Positions 38,222 through 48,130 of a DNA stretch of 64,000 nucleotides are shown here, one piece after another. Origin of the DNA: Minisyncoccota bacterium (lineage in GTDB: Bacteria > Patescibacteriota > Minisyncoccia > Phycocordibacterales > Phycocordibacteraceae); contig JBBAAE010000003.1 of assembly GCA_041658485.1 (NCBI GenBank), forward strand, positions 10,300-74,299, in the 5' to 3' direction. Positions within the stretch are counted from its first letter, which is position 1. Each line of letters starts with the position of its first letter. The notes under the pieces were generated by a model, which ran no database searches, was not told where the DNA came from, and saw only the letters and a list, made by a program, of their open reading frames with translations. The position numbers and the translations under genes are program-made.

Positions 38222-38437
38222 ATGAGGGAAGCAAATATTTCTGATGGTCGTTTAATTCGAGGTGGAGTGGGGGTTGGAGGCGCACCCTATGATCCTGAAG
38301 CTAAAGCTCCGCTTTCTCTGAAGCAACTTGCAGTATGGTATAGGAATCAAGCGGATATATTTTTTCATCGTGGTCAAAAAATACGTGCGAGACAGTGGCG
38401 TCAAATGGCTGAAGCTATACATCCTAGGAAGCGTTAA
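38222..38437 (+). CDS. Hypothetical 71-aa protein
   Basis: ATG 38222 lies within track ORF 38039-38437; followed by a terminator. Confidence 0.45.
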   Translation: MREANISDGRLIRGGVGVGGAPYDPEAKAPLSLKQLAVWYRNQADIFFHRGQKIRARQWRQMAEAIHPRKR

Positions 38438-38439
38438 AC

Positions 38440-38467
38440 AAAAAGAGCCACAGTGTGGCTCTTTTTT
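38440..38467. terminator. Bidirectional terminator
   Basis: AAAAAGAGCCAC-AGT-GTGGCTCTTTTT between convergent genes. Confidence 0.8.
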
Positions 38468-38488
38468 CGCATAGGCTATTTAATTTGG

Positions 38489-38971
38489 CTACTCTGTTAC
38501 CACGAGTGTTCCCCACATGCCCATAGCGCGATGATTGCCCACTGAACAATAGTATTCGAATGCACCTGCTTTATCCGCGGTAAATTCGACAACGGCACTC
38601 TGACCAGCACTTAATTTAGGGGTTGCGACATTAAACTCGTCCACTTTAAGATCGTGAGTGCCTGCAGGATTGGAAAATGTAATTTTTACGCGATCGCCCT
38701 TCTTCACTTGCATTGAATTTGGGGCAAATGAGAAGTGGTCGCTCAAAACAGTGAATTCTTTTACTCCCCCAACTGTTACCCCAACAGTAATATCGTTTGT
38801 TGATACTTCCCCAGTTTCCATACCTCCCGCAGGAAGGGAAGGGGTATCTCCCGTTACCTGAGTCTCAGTCTCTACAGCCTCAGTTGATGGCTTTTGTGAT
38901 GAGAAGTAATACCAACTGCCTACGCCGAGTAAGAGAGCAATTGCAAGAATGATGACTGGTTTATTTTTCAT
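38489..38971 (-). CDS. Cupredoxin-domain (type 1 copper) membrane-anchored protein
   Basis: H...YYCSVGNHRAMGM ligands; VKKGDRV. Confidence 0.85.
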   Translation of the reverse strand: MKNKPVIILAIALLLGVGSWYYFSSQKPSTEAVETETQVTGDTPSLPAGGMETGEVSTNDITVGVTVGGVKEFTVLSDHFSFAPNSMQVKKGDRVKITFSNPAGTHDLKVDEFNVATPKLSAGQSAVVEFTADKAGAFEYYCSVGNHRAMGMWGTLVVTE

Positions 38972-39119
38972 ACATAAAGTATATCGTATTTAGTGTTTTT
39001 GTTCCTCTTCGTTGGGATAAAACTTAGACAACATTGCGCGTGTATGTGGTGACATGTTATACTTTTCCTACTTGTATGATTATACACATGTGAGGAGTTA
39101 GTAGTGTAAAAAAATCACC

Positions 39120-39734
39120 ATGACATACGACACCATTCCTTCGGCAGACATTATTGAAAAGACAATTCTGGCAATAGGTGCACGGAACGTTTCTGTTCAC
39201 CTTGTGAATACTAAGGAAGAGGCATTGGAGAAGGTGAAATCACTCATTCCTGACGGAGCAGAGGTTATGACAGGTAGCTCAACTACGTTGCAACAGATTG
39301 GTTTTGTTGATTTGCTAAAGTCAGAAAGTCATCCGTGGAAGAATGTGAAAGAGGCTATTGTTGCTGAAAAGGACGGAGTTAAGCAAACAGAACTACGAAA
39401 ATTAAGTGTGTCTACTGACTATTTCCTAGGGAGCGTTCATGCCATTACTGAAGACGGACAGACAGTCACCGCTTCTGCTTCGGGGTCTCAGATCCCTTCG
39501 TATGCATTTACGAGCGATAACGTGATTTGGGTTGCTGGTGCACAAAAAATTGTACCAACACTGGATTCTGCATTTGCACGTATTCATGAGTATGTGTATC
39601 CACTTGAGGATGCCCGCATGAAGTCGGTGGGTATGGGAGGAAGTGTGATTGCAAAGATGTTCATCTTTGAGAGGGAAGTGATGCCCAATAGACACATTCA
39701 TCTCGTTCTCGTGAAAGAGGCGTTAGGGTTTTAA
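39120..39734 (+). CDS. LUD-domain (LutC/YkgG-like) protein
   Basis: GSSTTL, GSVHAITEDG, SASGSQ, VAGAQKIV. Confidence 0.8.
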   Translation: MTYDTIPSADIIEKTILAIGARNVSVHLVNTKEEALEKVKSLIPDGAEVMTGSSTTLQQIGFVDLLKSESHPWKNVKEAIVAEKDGVKQTELRKLSVSTDYFLGSVHAITEDGQTVTASASGSQIPSYAFTSDNVIWVAGAQKIVPTLDSAFARIHEYVYPLEDARMKSVGMGGSVIAKMFIFEREVMPNRHIHLVLVKEALGF

Positions 39735-39782
39735 TAAACTGTTTTTGGTGTCTGTAGAAGGTACATCTGAGAATGTGATCTC

Positions 39783-39836
39783 AAACCCCTGTATAGTATA
39801 AAATAACGACCGTTATTTTATACTATACAGGGGTTT
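39783..39836. repeat. 26-bp inverted repeat with 2-nt spacer
   Basis: AAACCCCTGTATAGTATAAAATAACG-AC-CGTTATTTTATACTATACAGGGGTTT. Confidence 0.9.
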
Positions 39837-39969
39837 TGTTTTATTTAAACCAAGAGAATATGGGGGTACATGGAGGCATTCGCATATCTTTTGGTTTGCA
39901 GGAAACCCGACGGACATTTTGGTTGGGTTCTCGTTTTAGGTTATTTTGCAGTATTAAATTCATGAGACA

Positions 39970-41802
39970 ATGTCTCTCAGCATGCGAGCAAAAATTAAGT
40001 ACCCTCCAGTTGGCGTTCTCGATGTGCTTCGTGTCATGTGGCAGGGGTTACGACCTGATGGCTGGCTTGCTGTCGTCACGCTTTTTTTGTTTCTTGTTGC
40101 CAGTATTGCAGAGGTCTTTGTTCCACTTTTGTATAAGCATTTCTTTGACACACTTACAGCTCCTCTTGAAAAGAGCGTTGCTGTCGTCACGCTACTCTCT
40201 ATTATTACTGGAGTATTGACTCTCCGAGCTTTGCGCTGGGCTTCAAGAAATATTGGACTTTTGGGATTGCAGAAGATCGAGCCAGACACAATGGCTCGCC
40301 TACGGCAGATGTCTTTTGAGTACTTGGCGCAACACTCGCTTGGCTTCTTTTCGAATAACTTCAGTGGCAGTCTCATTCAACGAGTAAGTCGCTTCGCGCG
40401 TTCATTTGAAAGACTTGCCGATACCATTGCGTTCAATTTCATACCACTCGGTGTCACCATTATTGGTGCCGTTATTGTTACGTGGAGAGATACACCACTC
40501 CTTTCGCTCATTATTGTTGCGTGGATTACTGTATTTTTTAGTTTCAACTATGTGTTTGCAGTATGGCGTGTTAAGTACAACATTCGCATGGCCGAGGCAG
40601 ATTCAAAAACAACCGGCATGCTTGCTGATTTGCTTGCCAATCAAAGCTCAATAACCTTGTTTGCAAGCCTTAAAAATGAAGTAAAGCGCTTCACTGCTGT
40701 CACGAATGCTCAAGCAAAAATTACACGCACCACATGGAATATCAATTCCTCTTTTGATGCGGTGCAGGCGGCAATCATTTTTATAGCAGAGTTTCTTATT
40801 TTCTATTTCAGTATTAAGTTATGGCAGGAGGGTTCAATAACAGTAGGTACTTTTGTTTTGGTGCAAGTGTATATTATTGCTCTTGCAGGACAGCTTTGGG
40901 ATTTTGGACGCATTATTCGGACTGTCTTTGAGGTTTTTGCAGATTCAAAAGAAATGGTGGAGATGTTGAAGTTGCCTCATGAAATAAAAGATGTAGCTGG
41001 TGCCGAAGAACTCTCGGTTTTGAGGGGGGAAATAGTTTTTGAAAATCTCACCTTTAATTTTGGTGAAAATAGGAAGGTACTAGAAGATGTTGATCTCTCG
41101 ATTTCTGGCGGTCAGAAAATAGGATTGGTAGGCCCATCTGGTGCAGGAAAAACGACAATTCTACGACTTCTTTTCAGGCTCTATAACATCACCGAGGGTC
41201 GCATTCTCATTGATGGACAAGATATACAGAAAGTTACTCAGGAAAGTTTACGCCGTGCCATTGCGGTGGTGCCACAAGAACCTGTGCTTTTCCATCGAAC
41301 ACTCATGGAAAATATTCGCTACGGCAGGCTTGATGCAACCGATGCAGAAGTAAAAGAGGCGGCTCGTCTCGCAAATTGTGCGCAGTTTATTGATGGACTC
41401 CCTGCTGGCTATGATACCTATGTGGGCGAGAGAGGTGTAAAAATTTCTGGTGGTGAACGGCAGAGAATTGCCATAGCACGCGCTATTTTGAAGGATGCGC
41501 CAATACTTATTCTTGATGAAGCGACTTCGAGCCTCGACTCTCATTCAGAAGTACTCATTCAGGAAGCTTTGGATAGACTCATGGAAGGTAAAACTACAAT
41601 TGCTGTTGCACACCGACTTTCAACAATTCGCCAGATGGATCGTATTCTTGTGCTTGAGGGTGGTCATATAAAGGAAGACGGTACTCATGATTCGCTTCTC
41701 GCAAAGCCAAGTTTGTACCGCGATTTGTGGAATCTTCAGGCAGGTGGATTCATTACAGAAGATGATGCTGTCTCTGAAGATAAAGAATCAGAAATTCTAT
41801 GA
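39970..41802 (+). CDS. ABC exporter, fused TMD-NBD
   Basis: GPSGAGKTT, ISGGERQR, ILDEATSSLD, AHRLST. Confidence 0.92.
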   Translation: MSLSMRAKIKYPPVGVLDVLRVMWQGLRPDGWLAVVTLFLFLVASIAEVFVPLLYKHFFDTLTAPLEKSVAVVTLLSIITGVLTLRALRWASRNIGLLGLQKIEPDTMARLRQMSFEYLAQHSLGFFSNNFSGSLIQRVSRFARSFERLADTIAFNFIPLGVTIIGAVIVTWRDTPLLSLIIVAWITVFFSFNYVFAVWRVKYNIRMAEADSKTTGMLADLLANQSSITLFASLKNEVKRFTAVTNAQAKITRTTWNINSSFDAVQAAIIFIAEFLIFYFSIKLWQEGSITVGTFVLVQVYIIALAGQLWDFGRIIRTVFEVFADSKEMVEMLKLPHEIKDVAGAEELSVLRGEIVFENLTFNFGENRKVLEDVDLSISGGQKIGLVGPSGAGKTTILRLLFRLYNITEGRILIDGQDIQKVTQESLRRAIAVVPQEPVLFHRTLMENIRYGRLDATDAEVKEAARLANCAQFIDGLPAGYDTYVGERGVKISGGERQRIAIARAILKDAPILILDEATSSLDSHSEVLIQEALDRLMEGKTTIAVAHRLSTIRQMDRILVLEGGHIKEDGTHDSLLAKPSLYRDLWNLQAGGFITEDDAVSEDKESEIL

Positions 41803-42350
41803 TTCTGGGTATTACGGGGACGATTGGTGCCGGTAAGGGGACTGTTGCAATGCATCTTAAGAAGAAGGGATTTCAACATATTTCTGTTTCAGCTTTCTTA
41901 GAAAGTGAGGCGCTCTGTCGCGGGCTCATTCCAACGAGGGTTGTGTGTCGTGAGATTGCAAATGAATATCGTGCGAAGCACTCAACTGCACTCGTTGAGG
42001 CAGTGCTTGGCGAAATTAATTCAGTGAAAGAAAATATCGTCATTGAATCACTACACTCAGTTCCTGAGGTTTTGTATATTCGTAATCTTGGCGGGAAGGT
42101 GCTTTCTGTTGATGCGCCACTATCTGTTCGCTACGAAAGAATACAGAAACGCGGTGAAGAAAAAGACGCCGTTTCTTTTGATGATTTCTTAAAAGAGCAA
42201 AATAAACAAATGGCTTCTGAAAATCAGGACGAAAATAATCTTAAGGGGGCTATTGGTGTGGCAGATTTTCATATTGAGAATGCTGAAATTTCCGAGGGGC
42301 TTTTTAGGAAAATTGATGATATTCTTGAACAACTACATGAGTCCGTTTGA
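41799..42350 (+). CDS. P-loop nucleotide kinase (dephospho-CoA/cytidylate kinase-like)
   Basis: ILGITGTIGAGKGT, R.ERI..RG. Confidence 0.75.
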   Translation: MILGITGTIGAGKGTVAMHLKKKGFQHISVSAFLESEALCRGLIPTRVVCREIANEYRAKHSTALVEAVLGEINSVKENIVIESLHSVPEVLYIRNLGGKVLSVDAPLSVRYERIQKRGEEKDAVSFDDFLKEQNKQMASENQDENNLKGAIGVADFHIENAEISEGLFRKIDDILEQLHESV

Positions 42351-43035
42351 TTTTATATACCCAGGGCGTTTTATGATTATCGGCAAAGATGCTGGTGCAT
42401 ATGTGGCAGTGTATGGCGCAACAGGGCGGAGTCCGTCGAGTTTAGCGAGGCGTTTTGTCCAAAAAGGGAATGGTATTTTTATGGGTGGTGTTGATGAGAC
42501 TGTCAAACAGGGGAATCAAGAGCTTCTCGAATACCCAGCTGTCCAAATACTCGACAACGGTATTGTTGTTGCAAATGGTACGCACATAAAACACATAACA
42601 GAACTTCAATCGCGCGATGCTCGTCAGCAACTTTCCTATGCTCTAACTGAAGAGGCATATGAGCCAGATGAGTATCGGACACCGCGCATTACTGGATGTA
42701 TTATTGAGTCTTCAAAGGGAGTGGATGGGGCACTTCACATTGTGCGCTCTGCATCTGATGGTATTGATCACGCTTCCTGGAGTCTCTCTTTTGAAGAAGG
42801 TGTAGGCTCATACATTGGTACCTATATAGGGGACGATGTGAAACCTACCCCATCATTTGCTGGCGATCCGATTTCTGTGCCGCTTACATTCGGTTCCGCA
42901 AAAAATGCAGCGAAAGGAATATTTGATTTATATGCCCCAAAGGTAGGGCAATTGGATTATCGTGTCGGCGTTATTGCCATTTATAAAAAACTTGGAGAAC
43001 AGGCGGAAATTGCTATAGTAAATCGTATCTCATGA
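42337..43035 (+). CDS. IMP cyclohydrolase-like protein (PurO/Ntn fold)
   Basis: YPGRF.IIG, Y..TGRS.SS..R, VANG.H, YEPD...TPRITG. Confidence 0.75.
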   Translation: MSPFDFIYPGRFMIIGKDAGAYVAVYGATGRSPSSLARRFVQKGNGIFMGGVDETVKQGNQELLEYPAVQILDNGIVVANGTHIKHITELQSRDARQQLSYALTEEAYEPDEYRTPRITGCIIESSKGVDGALHIVRSASDGIDHASWSLSFEEGVGSYIGTYIGDDVKPTPSFAGDPISVPLTFGSAKNAAKGIFDLYAPKVGQLDYRVGVIAIYKKLGEQAEIAIVNRIS

Positions 43036-43508
43036 ATGACGACATTGATGACATTCAGATGCCCGCAATGAATCCTAGTGGTAAATCAGCAGCTCTCGTA
43101 GAGGACGGCTTATCTCCAAAAGAATTTGAAAAAATAGTTGCTGATGCTTTTCTTTTAGTCCCAGAAAAATTTAGCTCAAAAGTGAGTGCTAGCGCTATTG
43201 TAATCGAAGATGCACCGAGTGATGCCGTGCTCCGTGAGCAGAATGTTCCAGAGAATTATACGCTTTTCGGTTTGTATAAGAGCACAGAGACTGGTGATGG
43301 GGTAGTTATATTTCGTAATCCTGTTTTGCATGCTGCCGCTCACGAAGCTGGGGTTGAAGTGGAATGGGGTGCTCCGACCGAGCCAATGAAGCGACGTCTT
43401 CGTACCATTGTGCGCGACATTATTTGGCATGAAATTGCACGCCACTTTGATATGGATGAATTTGAAATAGATGCGCGTGAGGAGACATCAACAAACGAAT
43501 TTAAGTAA
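43032..43508 (+). CDS. Zincin-like (minimal metallopeptidase) protein with degenerate HExxH
   Basis: IVIED.P, LFGLY, IFRNP, WHEIARHF. Confidence 0.7.
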   Translation: MNDDIDDIQMPAMNPSGKSAALVEDGLSPKEFEKIVADAFLLVPEKFSSKVSASAIVIEDAPSDAVLREQNVPENYTLFGLYKSTETGDGVVIFRNPVLHAAAHEAGVEVEWGAPTEPMKRRLRTIVRDIIWHEIARHFDMDEFEIDAREETSTNEFK

Positions 43509-43587
43509 AAAAAGCTGTCAGGTTTCAGTTTCCGGCTTTCAGTGAGGAAACGCTTTTATTTTTTAGGAGCTAAAACCTCTGACGTTG

Positions 43588-44157
43588 TCAGAGGTTCGCC
43601 TGAACACGCAAAGCGTGTTTTAGGAGTTCAGCGAATTTTTCTTGAACTTTTTGAAGTTTTGGTTCAATAATTACTTGGCAGTAGCCTTGAGTTTTGTTTT
43701 TTGCATAGTAGTCGAGATGCTCTTGTTCTGCCTCGTAGAATTTTGTAAGCGGTGCTATATCAGTTGCTATAGGCTTTCCTTCTTTTGATGAATCGTTAAG
43801 TTGTTGTATGAAAGCTCCGGCTTCTTTTTCTTGTGTGTCGTCAGTATAAAGAATAATGGAACGGTATTGTGTGCCTACATCATTACCTTGGCGGTTTACT
43901 TGCGTAGCGTCATGCGTTCCGAAAAATACAGTAAGTAAGTCTGAGTAAGTGATTTGTGAGGAATCAAATTCAATTTTTATTACTTCGGCGTGCCCTGTGT
44001 TCCCATTTGAAACCGCATAGTAGGTCGGATTCTCGGTTGTGCCTCCTGCATAGCCCGGGTTCACTGAAATCACACCTCGAAGCATTTTGAATACTGCCTC
44101 CGTGCACCAGAAGCAACCTCCTCCAAATACGGCAACTGAATGCGATTCAGAATCCAT
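43588..44157 (-). CDS. msrA: Peptide methionine sulfoxide reductase MsrA
   Basis: GGGCFWCTEA, GYAGG, TGHAE, RQGND.GTQYRS. Confidence 0.95.
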   Translation of the reverse strand: MDSESHSVAVFGGGCFWCTEAVFKMLRGVISVNPGYAGGTTENPTYYAVSNGNTGHAEVIKIEFDSSQITYSDLLTVFFGTHDATQVNRQGNDVGTQYRSIILYTDDTQEKEAGAFIQQLNDSSKEGKPIATDIAPLTKFYEAEQEHLDYYAKNKTQGYCQVIIEPKLQKVQEKFAELLKHALRVQANL

Positions 44158-44160
44158 GGG

Positions 44161-44784
44161 TTAGCAATTGTTAGGTTCTCGAATGTGTTTACGGATAGGA
44201 AAAAAGAGAAGTGCGCCAGCAAATTCGAGACATGCCACTGCTATAACTACCGTATGAAAACCTATCGTAGTTGCAAGGTACCCACCGATTGCTGCTGTTG
44301 CGGCCGAGGCTAGGTCGAGCATGGTGAAGTACAAACCCCACATTGTTGCTTCTTTGTTATCCGGAATATATTTAGTAAAGAGTGCCATAAATGAGGGAAA
44401 CTGAAACGCATAGGCAAGCCCAATAAGGAATTGTGCGAAGTAGAGCTCAATTGGAGTTGAGATGAAGAGGAATGAGAGGGGTATGAAACTTGCAAAAATG
44501 AGACTTCCAAAGATAAACCAGAAGTCATCTCTGTCTCCACAAATTTTATCAATAATGAACGCTGCTGGAATTTGGGCAATGCTTTTTGTAAGGAGGTAGA
44601 TAGCGATTGCGATGCCGGCCACTTCAGCACTTCCGCCATCTATGAAATCAACAACGAAAAGTGAAAAAATTGGACCCAAGAGTCCTGCGGCGGAAAAGAA
44701 CACTACATCTCCAAAAATTAGAAATTTTATGACCGGATTTGCTCGGAGGAGTTCTCCAAATGGAAAGAAAGAATGTCGTTTCAT
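44161..44784 (-). CDS. Half-size MFS-like transporter (6 TM)
   Basis: PIF..FV, G motif, six hydrophobic helices. Confidence 0.75.
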   Translation of the reverse strand: MKRHSFFPFGELLRANPVIKFLIFGDVVFFSAAGLLGPIFSLFVVDFIDGGSAEVAGIAIAIYLLTKSIAQIPAAFIIDKICGDRDDFWFIFGSLIFASFIPLSFLFISTPIELYFAQFLIGLAYAFQFPSFMALFTKYIPDNKEATMWGLYFTMLDLASAATAAIGGYLATTIGFHTVVIAVACLEFAGALLFFPIRKHIREPNNC

Positions 44785-44800
44785 TGTGTATAGATTGGTA

Positions 44801-45184
44801 TTATTTTTCTTGTAAATCTAAACATACTGAATTAATACAATAGCGTTTTCCGGTTTCAGTAGGGCCATCTTCAAACATATGCCCTAGATGTGACCCACAT
44901 TTTGCACACACCACTTCTGTGCGTGCCATACCTAAGGACATATCTGTTTTCATTTCGACGGATCCGGCAATAGCATCATCAAATGACGGCCAGCCAGTAC
45001 CAGAATCAAATTTCTTTTCCGAAGTGAAAAGAGGGTTGGCGCAGACCTTACAATTAAAGGTTCCTTGTGTGTCTGTATGGACAAATTCGCCACTAAAAGG
45101 AGCTTCGGTGGCTCCTGTTCTAAGGACCGCATATTCCTCAGGTGTGAGGCGTTTTTTTAATTCTTCTTCGCTTTGCATGTCCAT
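44801..45184 (-). CDS. msrB: Methionine sulfoxide reductase MsrB
   Basis: [31 protein letters not shown]. Confidence 0.95.
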   Translation of the reverse strand: MDMQSEEELKKRLTPEEYAVLRTGATEAPFSGEFVHTDTQGTFNCKVCANPLFTSEKKFDSGTGWPSFDDAIAGSVEMKTDMSLGMARTEVVCAKCGSHLGHMFEDGPTETGKRYCINSVCLDLQEK

Positions 45185-45219
45185 TGTCTATATTCTAACA
45201 GGAGTATAATGCAGAGTAT

Positions 45220-46368
45220 ATGAAAAAACTCTCATTTTTAGCCTTTCTGGCATTAGTAGCTTTGGTGATTCCTCTTAGTGTTGTGCACGCAGCGCAAACA
45301 CAGGTAGGTAAGATTGTTACTGTCTCACAAACTCTTTCAGAAAACGCTTATATTGCTGGACAAGAGGTGTATATATCCTCTACGGCGGAGAAGGATCTGC
45401 TTGGTGCCGGAGGAAAAGTGACAGCGAATGCCCCTGTAGTTGGTGATCTTATGCTTGTTGCAGGTAGTATCAATATCCTCGATTCTGTAGGAGGGGATGT
45501 TCGGGTAGCAGGAGGAGATGTAACGATTGCGAAATCTGTCGGTGGGGATTTGTTGGTATTTGGGGGTGTCGTTACCATCCTTCCGTCAGCAACCATTGGC
45601 GGGGATGTCATTATCTTTGGCGGAACTGTTGATATACAAGGTGCTGTGCAGGGAAGTTTGAAAGTGCATGCGGAAGGTGTGACGGTTAATGGTGTTGTTA
45701 TGGGGCCAGCTTCAGTAAAGACCTCCGACTCAGTTTCTTTTGGAGAAAAAGCAGATTTTCGCTCTTCACTTTCATATTCTGCCCCAATTGATGCAACGAT
45801 AGCCGAAGGGGCAAAGCTAGGGGGCGAAGTTGTGTTTACAAAAGAAGAAGGTGGATCTTCTAATGATAAGAACATAATTGCAGGAATTCTTGCTGTTGTA
45901 GGCATCATGATGCTCATTAAATTCGTAGGAATTCTTTCTGTTGCACTGGTGATTGTCTACACATTCAAAAACGCCTCACTTGCTCTATCTACACAAACTG
46001 TTCAAAAGTTTTGGCCGATGGTTGGTGTTGGTTTCATTGCAATAATTAGTATTCCCGTACTCACACTCCTATTATTTGCGAGTGTGGTTGGTATGTATTT
46101 TGGGTTTATTCTTCTTGCGTTGTATCTTTTTGCACTCCTAGTCGCAGGTGTCTTTATGTGCATTACTACCGGAGCATTTCTCTCGAAGTTGATCCGTAAA
46201 GAAGTACAGGTTGATTGGAAGTGGACAATATTTGGTACTGTGGTAGTATTTGTGTTGCCGTTCATTCCTTTTCTAGGCTGGGTGGCATTAATAGTTCTTT
46301 TCTTTGCTTCCATGGGTGCTGTCGCAACGAGCCTCTGGCGCGATGCGAAAGTGAAGATGGAAGGATAG
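45220..46368 (+). CDS. Beta-helix (bactofilin-like repeat) membrane protein
   Basis: Signal peptide, V.GD....GG repeats, C-terminal TM helices. Confidence 0.75.
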   Translation: MKKLSFLAFLALVALVIPLSVVHAAQTQVGKIVTVSQTLSENAYIAGQEVYISSTAEKDLLGAGGKVTANAPVVGDLMLVAGSINILDSVGGDVRVAGGDVTIAKSVGGDLLVFGGVVTILPSATIGGDVIIFGGTVDIQGAVQGSLKVHAEGVTVNGVVMGPASVKTSDSVSFGEKADFRSSLSYSAPIDATIAEGAKLGGEVVFTKEEGGSSNDKNIIAGILAVVGIMMLIKFVGILSVALVIVYTFKNASLALSTQTVQKFWPMVGVGFIAIISIPVLTLLLFASVVGMYFGFILLALYLFALLVAGVFMCITTGAFLSKLIRKEVQVDWKWTIFGTVVVFVLPFIPFLGWVALIVLFFASMGAVATSLWRDAKVKMEG

Positions 46369-46403
46369 AGGATTATTAAGGTTAATAAAATAATTACATA
46401 TAT

Positions 46404-46538
46404 ATGTTCAACAAAATTGAAAAAGCAGTGAGGGAATTTCTTCGTCCAAAGGGTGGCGCTACTGGTTTTATGAATTCGACCGCACGTGGTCATGTTGAAA
46501 AACACACTCGACCAGGGGCACCGTTTGATGGTGACTAA
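46404..46538 (+). CDS. 44-aa hypothetical microprotein (not in ORF track)
   Basis: MFNKIEKAVREFLRPKGGATGFMNSTARGHVEKHTRPGAPFDGD*, stop 2 nt before bcp. Confidence 0.4.
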   Translation: MFNKIEKAVREFLRPKGGATGFMNSTARGHVEKHTRPGAPFDGD

Positions 46539-46540
46539 CT

Positions 46541-47008
46541 ATGTCTCTACTCGACCAGCTAGCTCCCGATTTTACGCTCGCTGATCAGGACGGGAAGGAA
46601 CACACGCTCTCAAACTACCGTGGGAGGTGGGTTCTTTTGTATTTCTACCCCAAGGATAATACTCCTGGGTGTACTAAGGAGGCCTGCATGATTAGAGATG
46701 CCTTTCCTCGTTTTGAAGGGGTACACGCACATGTGTTTGGTATTTCTGTTGATTCAGTTAAAAGTCATAAGAAATTCGCGGATGAGTACCAGTTACCATT
46801 TTCGCTTCTTGCTGACGAACAAAAAGAAGTTGTTGGGAAATATGGCGTGTGGGGAGAGAAGAAAATGATGGGACGCACCTACATGGGCACGAAGCGCACC
46901 TCATTCCTTATAGACCCGAATGGTGTGATTAAGAAAGTGTACGAGAGTGTAAAACCTGAAGTTCACGCCGAAGAAGTGCTTGCCGATCTCCAATCCTTTA
47001 ATGCCTAA
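46541..47008 (+). CDS. bcp: Peroxiredoxin Bcp/PrxQ
   Basis: YFYPKDNTPGCTKEAC. Confidence 0.93.
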   Translation: MSLLDQLAPDFTLADQDGKEHTLSNYRGRWVLLYFYPKDNTPGCTKEACMIRDAFPRFEGVHAHVFGISVDSVKSHKKFADEYQLPFSLLADEQKEVVGKYGVWGEKKMMGRTYMGTKRTSFLIDPNGVIKKVYESVKPEVHAEEVLADLQSFNA

Positions 47009-47663
47009 AGTCTTCATGCGCCGTGCTCGGGCGAAAAAAATAGTTGCATATCTGAAAAAGGTGTACCCGGAGCCTAAGAGTGAGCTTGTGCACAAGACGC
47101 CATTTCAATTTCTTGTGGCAGTAGTGATGTCGGCGCAGTGTACCGACAAGGTAGTGAATAGGGTGACTGCTCCACTGTTTAAGAAATATAAAACTGCCTC
47201 TGATTTTGCACACGCAAATCCTAGAGTATTTGAGAAAGAAATTTCTTCCGTTACATTTTTTAGAAATAAGGCGCAGCACATTATTGAAAGTGCAAAGAAG
47301 GTAGTAGCTGAACACGGCGGTAAGGTTCCGAAAACAGAACAAGAACTCGTCACTCTTCCAGGAGTGGGGTACAAGACTGCACATGTAATTTTGAATGAGC
47401 TCCACGGTATATCCGAAGGTATTCCTACCGATACTCATGTGAAGCGTTTCGCAAAGCGCTTTGACTTGGTAGATTCAAATGATTTGAAAAAGATCTCAAA
47501 AGAGCTTGAAGTACTCATTCCAAAAAAAGACTGGAAGTATGTAAACAATGGTCTTGTTTTGTATGGGCGGTATGTGTGTCCTGCAAGACCTCATGACTGT
47601 AGAGCGCATCCACTAACCACGCTCTGGCCTGATGCCAACAAAAGGTGGACAAAAGCGAAATAA
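47001..47663 (+). CDS. nth: Endonuclease III (HhH-GPD) with degenerate Fe-S motif
   Basis: SAQCTD, LPGVGYKTA, DTHV; C-terminal C-x6-C-x2-H-x5-W. Confidence 0.88.
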   Translation: MPKVFMRRARAKKIVAYLKKVYPEPKSELVHKTPFQFLVAVVMSAQCTDKVVNRVTAPLFKKYKTASDFAHANPRVFEKEISSVTFFRNKAQHIIESAKKVVAEHGGKVPKTEQELVTLPGVGYKTAHVILNELHGISEGIPTDTHVKRFAKRFDLVDSNDLKKISKELEVLIPKKDWKYVNNGLVLYGRYVCPARPHDCRAHPLTTLWPDANKRWTKAK

Positions 47664-47758
47664 TTTCTGAGACTCTTTTTTATAGAGCATCTTTTCTTAG
47701 AGTTGAGAATCTGTATGCTTACTTGACTTATAGCGTATACAATATATAAATAATCCAT

Positions 47759-48073
47759 ATGTCACACAAACATGGTCATGATGAAGATTTTCTTGCATCG
47801 TATAGGCGAGACGGGGAGCAAGAAAGAGCACACCAAGCCAAGCTCGTTTCAGCTGAGCTTCGCTACGAACGAACTGCTGTCGCACGAGTTTCTATTTTGG
47901 CATTACTTGGGATTGCAGGTGGCGCTTTTGCAGGAGCAACTATAGGCGGACCAGTAGGAATGGTTGTCGGAGGGGGTGCGGGTGGATTAATCGGTCGTGA
48001 GCTTGGCATGGCGCTCGTAAAATCTGAAATAAAAAAATCTGAAAATAAGAAGTTTAGAAGTTTCTCTAAGTAA
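47759..48073 (+). CDS. Glycine-zipper membrane protein
   Basis: GGAFAGATIGGPVGMVVGGGAGGLIG. Confidence 0.7.
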   Translation: MSHKHGHDEDFLASYRRDGEQERAHQAKLVSAELRYERTAVARVSILALLGIAGGAFAGATIGGPVGMVVGGGAGGLIGRELGMALVKSEIKKSENKKFRSFSK

Positions 48074-48084
48074 AATCGTCCGAT

Positions 48085-48115
48085 AAAAAACCCGAAAGCT
48101 CGCTTTCGGGTTTTT
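48085..48115 (+). terminator. Rho-independent terminator
   Basis: AAAAACCCGAAAGC-TC-GCTTTCGGGTTTTT. Confidence 0.8.
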
Positions 48116-48130
48116 GTATACAATATATGT

